From Octopus vulgaris (lineage: Eukaryota): a stretch of 64,000 bases of DNA. Location: positions 124,930,001 to 124,994,000 of the forward strand of contig OX597818.1 in NCBI GenBank assembly GCA_951406725.2. Direction: 5' to 3'. Positions within the stretch are counted from its first letter, which is position 1. Every line of letters begins with the position of its first letter. Shown piece by piece: positions 52,668 to 64,000 of this stretch. A program made the position numbers and the translations under genes. The notes under the pieces were generated by a model. It was not told the origin of the DNA and ran no database searches. It worked only from the letters and a program-made list of their open reading frames with translations.

Positions 52668-52736
52668 CATGACAGGACTCTGAGTTTCAGATGTCGGGGT
52701 GGAAATCCACGCCGCCATCTCCTCAGTCATCTGGCC
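52668..52736 (-). ncRNA. Hammerhead-like motif with bulged stem I
   Basis: Minus strand: atga CTGAGGA gatg...catc t GAA ACTCAGAGT C ctg tcat. Next to (TA)n. Confidence 0.5.
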
Positions 52737-53598
52737 ATTAGAAACAATGCTATTCTTCAAGTGGCTGATTATACCATGAGCTTCTATACCTTTATTGTAA
52801 ACCTGAGCAACATCAGCATGAGGATGTGTGCGACATGGCCAGACCTTTGCATTAGAAGTAATCCATCAGACAGGCTTCTGCACAGTTTCCAAGGACTCAT
52901 GATTGGTAAGTGGACTTGGTAGACACACATGTTGTCATAGTTTAGTCTCAGAAAAAATCCAAGTAGACCTATGAAATTTAAGGTATTTCAGACACAATTA
53001 TCATTTCTGTAATGGAGTATCTAGAATTACATTATATAGTGTACCCTTGTCCATCCTTTTTTTTTACGACAGTAGGACATAGTTGGAGGGAAATTTGACT
53101 GCTATTTCTAGCGTCTCGTTACATTTGGATTTGAAACAGTTCCAATATCTCACTCCCTTTCCTCACTGCAGCCATTTAATAATAAATATATTCAATATCC
53201 ACTAATTCAGGGAATTTGAAATTCACACATATATTTATATATGTGTGAATATATGTGTGTGAACGTATATGTATATGTGTGTATGTATGTAAAGAGAGAC
53301 AGAAGAAATTGTTTATTATAAGCGCATTATTATCCTACGGTTATTGTTATCGAAATTAGTGGGTGGATCCCAATCAAGCTTAGGGTTTGGTTATATCCTC
53401 CACTTCACGGTGGTGCTTCAGCATGGCCGCAGGCGCATGGCTGAAAGAAATAAAAGAATAATGTTATCAGTCAGTTATTTTTACCTGAAGGACCGTCCCC
53501 AAAATGATCACAATAAGCGGCTTCCACTGTGTGTGTGCGTGTGTGTGTGTGCGTGTGTGTGTGTGCGTATAGCTAGCTAGCTAAACAGACAGACAGAC

Positions 53599-54172
<574 letters not shown>

Positions 54173-55106
54173 AGATGAACAAGTTGTTGACAATTATGAA
54201 AGTATGTTTATAAATTATCTCCCTTGTTAACAAGTGCTTTTTATTTTCCGATCTAATTAGTTTTAATTTGTTTTTGTTTCTCAGAAAAACCAACCACTTC
54301 ATTGTCAGTATATGTTAGCACAGATCTGTCTTTATATCACGCTCTCATACTTGTTCCTTACTTCTGGGGCTATCTACACATCAGTGAATCAATCACCGTG
54401 GGTATGTTTAATTCGTGCTAAACGATTTTTTTTTTCATTATATTTTATTTTCCGCTTATCATTTTAGTTTTCTACGTTTTCTCTCGGATGTTTATTGGCA
54501 GTTGTTTTAAAGTTTATTTTGCGCTTTGTTACTTTTTTTTCGTCCTTCCGAGAGCAATAAAATACATATTACAGTTGTTACCAGTGACCTATTACTGTTG
54601 TTTCTTTTCTTTTTTGCTAATCGGCTTTTTGCCTAACTTTATGACAATCTGTCGTGACTACAGTTCTGAATTCAAATCTCTTTGTTTTCTATCACCCCGA
54701 GTGCGATAAAATAAAGTTCCAGTCATATTAAGAAAGCGATCCAGTCGATTGTCCAACTCTAAGAATTTAGTCACTTGGCGCCGAGTTTAAAAACCAACAC
54801 TAGTTTTATATCTCTTATCTATTAAGGACCTTTCTCTTCACAACTCGCAATGTGTTTATATATTTTTCAGTTTTAATTCATGTTTGAACGATGCTAAGTA
54901 TTTCGACAAAATGTGGATCCCGACTCCTACAACACATTAAAAAAATAAAATAACAGAAAAAAGGGGTACAATAAAGTACTGGCATTCTTTCGATATATAT
55001 ATACCTGATGAGTTCCTGGTGAGAAACAATACTGCAGTGGACAACATATATGCCTAATAATTGCGACTGGCGTTTTGAGTTCAAGTCACGTTAGAATCAA
55101 ATTTAT

Positions 55107-55756
55107 GATAACTACAGATTCCTGACCTACCCCGAATTTGGATGATCATAACTTTCAGAAAAATGAATATTTTTTTATGGAATTTTCTACGAATATGTTA
55201 TGTCATGTAGATTCCGAATATACAAAACTTTTTGGGGAAAAGTGTTTTAGGAGGGGGTGGGGTGAGGTGGGGAATTTCGGAAAATTCACCGGCGTCCACT
55301 TCAATTCGTCTTAACTTTCAAGAAAATAAATATTTTTTAATGAAATTTTCTACAAATATACCTCGGACTATGTAGATTCCGAGAACATAGGAATTTTGGG
55401 GGAAAGCAATTGAGGGTTACTTTTCAGGACCGTTCCCCACTCGGGTGTGTTTCGGAACAAGTCGTCCATATTTGTTTCATTTTCTCCGTTTTCTGCGTTT
55501 TCTGGTCCTCATACACATACTCTTTACTCTTTTACTCTTTTACTTGTTTCAGTCTTTTGATTGCGGCCATGCTGGAGCACCGCCTTTAGTCGAGCAAATC
55601 GACCCCGGGACTTATTCTTTGTAAGCCCAGTACTTATTCTATCGGTCTCTTTTGCCGAACCGCTAAGTGATGGGGACGTAAACACACCAGCATCGGTTGT
55701 CAAGCAATGCTAGGGGGACAAACACAGACACACAAACACACACACACAGATACATG

Positions 55757-55810
<54 letters not shown>

Positions 55811-56496
55811 TACGACAGGCTTCTTTCAGTTTCCGTCTACCAAATCCACTCACAAGGCATTGGTCGGCCGGGGGCTATAGCAGAAGACACTTGCCCAAGA
55901 TGCCACGCAGTGGGACTGAACCCGGAACCATGTGGTTAGTTAGCAAGCTACTTACCACACAGCCATATATATGTAATTAAAAAAGTTCAAACGGGGAATT
56001 ATTCTATTCAATGTCTTTCTGTTAGAAATGTTTAGATCTTTAGCTGGTATTTTTAGCATAACGAGTTTTCTGGTGACAGCTTCATTGCCTGCTGCTTCAG
56101 TAGAAATCTACGGTCGCACAAACGCACAAAACTGGGAAAATGAAACAAATAAGGACGACTTGTTCCGAAACACACCCGAGTGGGGAACGGTCTTCAAAAG
56201 TAACCCTCAATTGCTTTCCCCCAAAATTCCTATGTTGTCGGAATCTATATAGTCCGAGGTATATTTGTAGAAAATTTCATTAAAAAATATCTATTTTCTT
56301 GAAAGTTAAGACGAATTGAATTGGACGCCGGTGAATTCCCCACCTCACCCCTCCTAAAACACTTTTCCTCAAGGGTTTTGTATATTCGGAATCTACATGA
56401 TATAACACATTTTCGTAGAAAATTTCATTAAAAAATATCCATGTTTCTGAAAGTTATGATCATCCAAAATCGGTGTGGGGCAAGAATCTGTAGTTA
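55107..56496. mobile_element. Long-TIR fold-back DNA element (~390-bp arms) with nested family A SINE (55518-55965)
   Basis: ataactacagattc...cgttttctgcgttt (55107-55500) is inverted at ~56120-56496. The arms contain a duplicated ~130-170-bp submodule. Confidence 0.8.
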
Positions 56497-58064
56497 TGCC
56501 TCGAATTTGTTACTTTTTCTCATTTAGGTCTGGTAGGGAATTTCAATAAGGTAAGGCATACGTATACAATTGTGCCTCGACCCTCGACTTTGTTTCCTCA
56601 TAACCTCCAGAAAAAAAATGGATTTGTTTTGACGCAACTTTTTTTTACAAATGCTTTAGGTGGTGCAGATTCTGATTATGCAGGAATATGTTGTAAAAAA
56701 ATTTTCCAAGGTCGAGAGCAGGACCAGATTCAAACCCTGGGGGGCTTAGGCACTTCAGTTTCGGTGGGCCCTTATACACGAGAATTAAAATCACGGAAAA
56801 TTACCCAACTTAAATCTCAAAATACATCTATTTCATGTAATTGAATTTGATGAAAGTTTAAATAAATGACTGAAAATGTCGCTTTATAGAAACACTTTTC
56901 AAAATTCAAATTTTCCTTTCCACACATCCACTTGTGGTTTTGACTTTTCCTTTCTTGTGAAAAGTATAATGAAGGAGGGAAGAAAGGTTAAGATTTTTTT
57001 CTTATAATGAAAGTTACAAATGTTTCAGAATGTGGATTATGATAAAGTGTAAGAAAATTACGAAAAAGAAAAAAAAAACATTTTAGTGGTTGTTGCTGTT
57101 CCAGAGGCATGTGTGTGTGTGTCTTAGGGGGAAGAGGTGGTAGTGGTATAGATGCTAACATTTAAAAGACATGCATTTTAAATATTCTTCTTTTAAAATG
57201 GCTTTCATTTATTGTTTTGCAATACATGTAAAATAAGAAAAAAAATGGGAAAAATCCCAACAAAATCAGGGAAATTCAAACAGCTATTCTGAAAATCTGC
57301 TTTTCCAGTAGGGGTAGGTTGGGCACAATGAGTAATATTTACTGCATTTTTAACTTTGAAGAAAATGTATTTTTTACAAATGCTCACTACATTGCCAAAA
57401 CTATATCAGCTAAGCAAAGTCCTTCTCTAAATGCAGTAAAAACTATAACATATTCAGAACACTATTTCAGAAAATTATTACTGTTCTCTTTGAGCATATA
57501 AAAGACAGGGTAAAATAAGTATGACAAGATAAGGTAAATTTGCCTCTTCAATTCTCCAGAATTAAATTTGAAAAAAGACTCATACATATAAGCATCTGTT
57601 TTTAGACATCAGAGGGATTAGAAATGCAACAAAAATATCTTAGTCAAATGAAAGGAGATCATGCAAAAACAGCACAAACGAAACTCGACTAAATCTAAAA
57701 ACTCAACACAATATTCTCTATAGCTTTTTCATGAACTCCTGGGGTGGCTCGCTTCCTGATATATTTATGCACCATGCAGTTAAAGAGAAGTAATTATTAA
57801 AATTAATCATTGCTCATTTTGTGCCAATTTAGACATTAGAAATTAGTGTGGGAAAAATTGGATGTAGAATCCATCAGAGAAAAGAATATTGATGGTTAAA
57901 CACCAAAATACATCCAGATATTTTATTAGCTATCCCAATTACAGTTGGGTCAAAGTTGACGAAAAATTTCTTGAAAAAAGAAGTACTTGTTACGTCACCT
58001 ATGTTTCAAACTTTCTCAACTTCCACAATGACTACATGAACCATGTGGCTGGGAAGCAAATTTA

Positions 58065-58100
<36 letters not shown>

Positions 58101-58446
58101 TGTGTGTATTGAAAAGTTGCTATTTTGAATGAGATAGTATAAAAGTTAACCAAAGCCTAGAGGTCTGTGTAAATTTATGAATATCCAAATTCCAAGTAGG
58201 TATTGAACTTGATTTTTTTACCTCTTATTTTCTTTTGATATTTTATACATCTGAATAATTTACAGTGTATATGTGGGAGAAGAATAAAGCAGGAGATTTA
58301 GTTTGTCTTTTTATTATATCATCATAAATTATATAATCTTTACAGCTGTTTTACAAGTGAATACTTGTACATTTTGTGGTAATCATTATGGAGACATTTG
58401 CACAGTCATACTGAAATATTGAAATATCAGATCTTTATGTATATAT

Positions 58447-59006
58447 AGGAGGTTGGCCAAAAGTCCCCTGACAGTAAATCAAAACTATCTAATTCCAAGA
58501 TTTATCTATGCTTAACAATTGAATGAATTTAATAAAAGCATCTAAGTATGAGTGGTTGTATACTGTCAACTTAACGTGACAGTCCTGTAAGGGAATTACA
58601 CCACTGCTGTTTAGCCCTAGGAAGCATCAACGCTTCCTGTTGGCCTTGACACATTTCCTCTGTCCTTATATATTTACGAAGGGGAGACAAACACTCCCAA
58701 CAGCTAGGCCTGCATCTAGAGACATGCATGTTTCTGGGTCTTGCCCATCATCAGTCTAGAGTAGCAGAGGCCTGCTAGCTGAAGATATCTGTCTAGACTT
58801 CGTAAATATATCGCTCCACCACTGTACATATCTCTGTGAGATATTTAGAAATTTAATATTTCTGATCTAAATATGAAACATCATGAAAATAGTTCAAACT
58901 GAAGTCCTTCTTGAGCGACACATTTTTCCATTTGAGCCAATACTGAATTACAGATAGCATTTATGGAGTTTTGATTTACTGTCGGGTGACTTTTGGCCAA
59001 CCCTTG
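58447..59006. mobile_element. Tc1/mariner-type MITE
   Basis: ~40-bp TIRs ggttggccaaaagtc(c/a)cc(t/c)gacagtaaatcaaaact at 58447-58486 and 58967-59006, with TA-rich flanks. Confidence 0.8.
58715..58760 (-). ncRNA. Canonical minimal type I hammerhead ribozyme
   Basis: Minus strand: tctaga CTGATGA tggg-caaga-ccca GAA ACATGCATGT C tctaga. GUC cleavage site between 58721 and 58720. Stem I extends imperfectly to 58668/58811. Confidence 0.88.
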
Positions 59007-59635
59007 ATATATATCATCATCATCATCATCATCATCGTTTAATGTCCATACTAGTATGAGTTGGAAGGTTTAACAGGATCTGGCCAGGTAGGAGCCTGCA
59101 CCATACTTTGGTGTCTGTTTTTGGCATGGTTTTTACGGCTGGATGCCCTTCCTCTCACCAACCACCCCGCAGTACATGTTTCAGTAATTTGATTGCGGCC
59201 ATACTGGAGCACCACCTTGAAAGGTTTTAGTGAAACAAATCGACCCCAAGACTTATTTTTTTTAAAGCCCAGTACTTATTCTGTCAGTTTCTTTTGCCCA
59301 ACCGCTAAGCTATGGGAACATAAACACACCAAAACCAGTTGTCAAGTGGTGATGGGAGGACAAACACAGGCTCATAGATATATACACACACACATATATA
59401 CATATATGTATAAAATAAAATACAGAAGGGTATTGAAATACCACTTACTATAAACAGAGCTATCACTCTAAACCACAATTTACTCACTATAAAAATAGTT
59501 CTGTTCATAACAAGTGGTATTTCAATACCCTTTTGTATTTTATTTATGTTTTACCTATAAATGTTTAAAATTGCTATTATTAACTCTATTATTAACATTA
59601 TTATTAATAATGTTAGTGATATTTATTTAAATTTA

Positions 59636-59693
<58 letters not shown>

Positions 59694-59904
59694 TGACAGG
59701 CTTCTTTCAGTTTCTGTCTACCAAATCCACTCACAAGGCTTTGGTGGGTCTGAGGGTATAGTAAAAGACACTTGCCCAAGGTGCCACACAGTGGGACTGA
59801 AGCTGACACCATTTAGCTGCGTAACAAGTTTCTTATCACACAGCCGTGTCTGCACCTATATGTGTATGTTTGTGTGTGTGTATGTGTGTGTGTGTGTGCC
59901 ATTA

Positions 59905-60950
59905 TTCAGTTTTTTTTCAAGATTTCTTTCCAATAGAGAAAGAGCTGGTTTCTCACCTAGATCCAAGGCTCCTTCATTGGAATTTCAACAACATCAACAG
60001 GGTATTTTTGTATGTATGTATATGTGCAGAATTGTATATTTTGTATTATGTATGTATTCTCATGCATATGGTTGCACATCCAGACATGCTCATATATACT
60101 TAAATGATAAACTTCTGGAAAGTTTTACAGATTTTTACAGTTCCAGTGATGGCTTTGATCTGTAGTCTCTGAATCAGCTTTCTCCTTTCTGGTTTTGGGA
60201 AGCTAATTTCTCAAGATTGGTATTTAGGCAGTGTATTACATATCCCAGTGCCCCAATAATTACAAATATAAACCTGAACATGTAATCTGGATAGAGTTAC
60301 TGTAGATTTCTCAATAGTTCAGTGTAGGTATTTTCTTTTTCACTGATCTTCAGCTTTATGTTAACATCCACTGGGCAGCTAATTTCCACAACAGTACACA
60401 GTTTCTCTTCTCTATCCCAAATCATTATATCAGGTCTGTTGTGCTTACATTTTATTGAGGTTTCCATAGGACATTCAACCAGTACTCCTTTTTATTATGT
60501 ATGGCTATGGCTTCTACCATACTGTGCGTTCTTATTTCTTTGCCCTTGGAGTTATCCTGATAGATCTCATTATGCAGTATCCGAGCTATAACATCATGTC
60601 TCATTGGTAGATAATACTGTGATGATATTTTTGGACAGCTGCTTAAGATGTGGGTGATAACTTCGGTGTTAACTCTACAAAGTCTGCATCAGTTATCACA
60701 TTTTGTTGCTTTACCTGTGTCTCTATTCCTTTTGTGCATCGGGTATTTAGTTGACATTTCTTGTTCCTGGATTGCAAATGCAATACCCTTCAAAGTGGGA
60801 GTTAGTAATCCGGTTGTTGGTCCATGATAGACTGCTTTGATGATCAATGTTATTATCATCCCAGAACTTTTTACGAACATATCCATGCACAATCTTCTGC
60901 TGATGTATGCTCATCTTTCCATCTGATGATACATTGCAGTAGAGTCATGC
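59905..60950 (-). mobile_element. RLE-type non-LTR retrotransposon (R4/Dong-like) C-terminal remnant
   Basis: Minus-strand translation: AIQEQE...CRLCRVNTEVITHILSSCP...MRHDVIA...NRPDIMIWDREEKLCTVVEISCP...IIGALG, i.e. a CCHC knuckle plus PD-(D/E) nuclease. Confidence 0.85.
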
Positions 60951-61161
60951 AACCCCTTTGAGCAGGTACATACATAAGTAGGTAATTTCTGCAGAAATAA
61001 CCTTATCAAAATAAGTAGGTAATATATTGTGGATAGATATCCCACATTGATTTTATTTGAAATGCATATAAAAATTGTAATTCAAAATTTAAATGGCTGT
61101 TCTGTTTTCTGATCTTTCAGAGGTTAACTTTGCCTTTCCTTTCTCTTGGAGAGAAGTTTAA

Positions 61162-61380
61162 CCCTTTAGTATTTAAACCGGCCATATCCGGCCAAAATAT
61201 TTAATCTGTTTTATACTCAAACTGACCAGATCCAGGCTCTCACACTTACCCTACAATGTTATTCTACATTAAGTAATTACACCATCAACATCTTGAAGAT
61301 ATGAGATAATGCATGATTAATTCAAATCAATGTGTATCAATAAGCATTATGTTTGATAGAATAATCTGAACGCTAAAGGG
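61162..61380. mobile_element. piggyBac-type MITE
   Basis: TTAA|ccctttag...ctaaaggg|TTAA. Confidence 0.8.
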
Positions 61381-61504
61381 TTAAGGTATCAGTCTAGTAC
61401 CATGCTGATGTAATGGACTAACTCTTTTCCATTCCTTGTTGACTTTGTACTTAAATTGGAAACATTATTAGTATTTTGCAAGAGGCAGATAGAGATCGAT
61501 ATAT

Positions 61505-61697
61505 ATTGTGTACCGTTGGCGATTTTTTTTCCTCTGTCTTCCCTTCTCTGGATCTTTCCTTCTCCTATGTTTTCGACGAAGAGCTCCGCTCGAAACGTTA
61601 AACCCTCGTTCTTTCCTTCTTTCCTGAGCGTCCAATAATACTATATTTGTTCCACGTCCTCGCGTTGTGTTTTTTTTGTGCTATCTTGTTTGGATTA

Positions 61698-61702
<5 letters not shown>
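61505..61702 (+). mobile_element. TA-flanked element (family H3) with ultra-minimal hammerhead variant at 61569-61603
   Basis: gttt TCGACGA a gagc-tcc-gctc GAA ACGT T aaac. Confidence 0.6.
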
Positions 61703-61733
<31 letters not shown>

Positions 61734-61734
61734 C

Positions 61735-62000
61735 AATAAAAGCAATTAAGATTCAAGTCAATTCTAATGAATTTACTTGAATGCGGTACTTAACTTAGAT
61801 GCACCAGAAAACTATATGGTGTTAACCATACAGTAATGTGGGGTGATTATAAACGAGAAAGAAGCAACAAGAATGGATTAGTTTTTAGTACAATTGTTTC
61901 ATACAAAGACAGGCTTTCATACAATATTTGCAACTTTTAATAAAGCCTGTCTTTGTATGAAACAATTGTACTAAAAACTAATCCATTCTTGTTGCTTCTT

Positions 62001-62005
<5 letters not shown>
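61735..62005. mobile_element. Fold-back element (family H2) with hammerhead 3' half
   Basis: Arms 61856-61917 / 61942-62004. GAAACAATTGTA at 61959-61970. Confidence 0.65.
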
Positions 62006-62058
<53 letters not shown>

Positions 62059-62409
62059 ATATATATACTTGCAAATGTGGAAATATATATATATAATATG
62101 TGCAAATCTTTGGCTGGGCTCAAGGAGTCATACAAGAGCCTCACATTACATCAACAACGACGCATTTCAGTGATTCTTTCTAGCAGTGACTTTGCACATA
62201 TATGAGAAAGCAGCTAAGATATATATATATATGCGGATCTATATCTAGCGTAAGAGCGTCAACATAGTGGATTCTCTCTCCTAGTTGTGTATTAATAATA
62301 TTTACTGAATCTCAGTCTTTTTGCGCTAGGCCACTGGTGTTTAAATTGATGTTATTAAATTAATATCCAATTTTTTCACCCTCATTTTGACTATATATAT
62401 ATATATATA

Positions 62410-62705
62410 GGGAGAGTTTACGAAAAAACAAAAGACGAAGACAGGTGGTGTACAAAACAAACAGATGTATTAGTATAACGCTCAGGAATAGAAAAAGTTT
62501 TTTACGTTTTGAGCCTACGCTCTTCTACAGAAAGAGACACAGAAAAAAACAATGAGAGAAAAAAAATGTGTGTAGTGGCTAACAATCTATATATATATAT
62601 ATATATATAGATTGTTAGCCACTACACACATTTTTTCTCTCCTTGTTTCTCTCCTTGTTTTTTTCTGTAGAAGAGCGTAGGCTCAAAACGTAAAGACTTT
62701 CTCTT
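62410..62705. mobile_element. Inverted pair of family H3 termini around a (TA)n, each with a mutated hammerhead
   Basis: CTGTAGA a gagc-gtag-gctc aAA ACGT A at 62665-62692 (+) and ~62503-62530 (-). Confidence 0.65.
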
Positions 62706-63644
62706 TTATATATATATATATATAAAGAGAGAAAGAGAGAGAGGCAATTATGTGGATAAATAAATTAGATGCTTCATATATATTAGATATGATAAATTTA
62801 AAATATGTATATATGTATAAATGCAAAACGAGAGAAAGCAAAAGGTGGAGACTTTCAGACGATGAATATCTAAGTACAAATATATAGATATTTATATTAA
62901 TAAGTCCAACTTACACAGAGTTCAAATGACAGAGAAAATTAAAGAGAGAGAGAGAGAAGGAAGAGAAAGAGAGAGAGAGAGAGAAAGTAGATTGTTTGTT
63001 ATATTTGTCGTGTGTTTTATTTTATTATTGAATTTTCCAATATGTTTCCTTCTTTATTTTTTTATGACATTTTATTCAGTGACAGGTCTACCCTGAAATG
63101 TTACTCTTATCTATGAAAGTTATATTCTTTTTTTTTTATCCCTTTTTATTTATTTATATTTTTTTGGGACATTTTGTTGTGATTTGTTTCCCTTAATCCA
63201 ACTTCTTGATAAGAAGTATATTAGAAGGGAGCGATAAGAGATAAGAACAAGAGGTCATCCTAACAGTTTGTAATTATACAAAATTGATTAGATATGGTAT
63301 CTACTGTAAAAGAGTATATAATTTCCTGATGAATCTACTCAACTGTCATATCACCTCCAACTTGTCATATCACTTATACACCATTTAAAAAATTTTTCTG
63401 CAGTCATTTATATAGAAGAACCAGTGTAGCACCCAACAGAATGCCTTGTAGTGCTTAGTTATGTTTCTTTTCACATTTTGAAGGTAAACCCTTGCACTTT
63501 TTTTTATTTTTAATTTCTTGAAAATAAAAACAAACATAAGAATTCAGAGCTGACATATCTCTGAATGAACCTTGAATTGGATATACCCCTATTATATAAG
63601 CCTACGAGTGAGCCTCTTTGCAGTCATTTTACATGTTAGAAATC

Positions 63645-63975
63645 TGAGACCCCCTTCGGTTACGACACAGACCATGGGATTGCACCTAGAAGGTTACCCT
63701 CCCAGGCACAAGTCCAGGCAAGGTTGTTTATGGAAGACCAGCAGTCGCCCATGCATACCGACCTCCCCTCTCCATACCACTGATGTTATCCAAGAGAAAG
63801 GCAAAGGCTGATACAGCTTGGCACCTGTGATGTCGCAACTCATTTCTACAGCTGAGTGAACTGGAGCAACGTGAAATAAAGTGTCTTGCTCAAGAACACA
63901 ACACACAGCCTGGTCCGGGATTCGAGCTCACAACCTCACAATTGTAAACTCGACACTCTAACCACTGAGCGCCTT
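63645..63975 (-). mobile_element. Family C SINE
   Basis: Reverse copy of the host SINE at 33193-33960. Confidence 0.8.
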
Positions 63976-64000
63976 CATGTGTTAGAAATACAAGGGCATA

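Noticed and set aside
55003-55040. CTGATGA...GAAAC resembling a hammerhead
   Set aside because: No convincing stem II, stem III or UH cleavage site.
63402-63490. Possible exon flanked by ctgcag and gtaaac
   Set aside because: No recognisable coding content or linked exons, and such signals arise by chance in AT-rich DNA.

Overview
This is AT-rich, microsatellite- and retroelement-dense animal genomic DNA. The SINE/LINE repertoire resembles octopus/cephalopod (inference). One clear protein-coding gene is present: DNA polymerase beta (41864-42874, +). Its whole CDS lies in one exon behind a strong splice acceptor. The rest is mostly three tRNA-derived SINE families, RTE/CR1/R4-type LINE remnants, decayed mariner and hAT transposases, Tc1/mariner and piggyBac MITEs, and a 5S rRNA pseudogene. 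The most interesting layer is a set of short non-coding elements that sit in (TA)n tracts, often fold back on themselves, and carry minimal type I hammerhead ribozyme (HHR) motifs with palindromic stem III, as in Penelope-like element termini. They include a canonical HHR at 58715-58760 (-) inside a Tc1/mariner-type MITE, a long-stem-II HHR at 50151-50236, and a three-copy family whose core reads GUGAACA, a compensatory G3:C8 swap of the C3:G8 tertiary pair. Coordinates were read by eye and repeat boundaries are approximate. No searches or folding programs were run.
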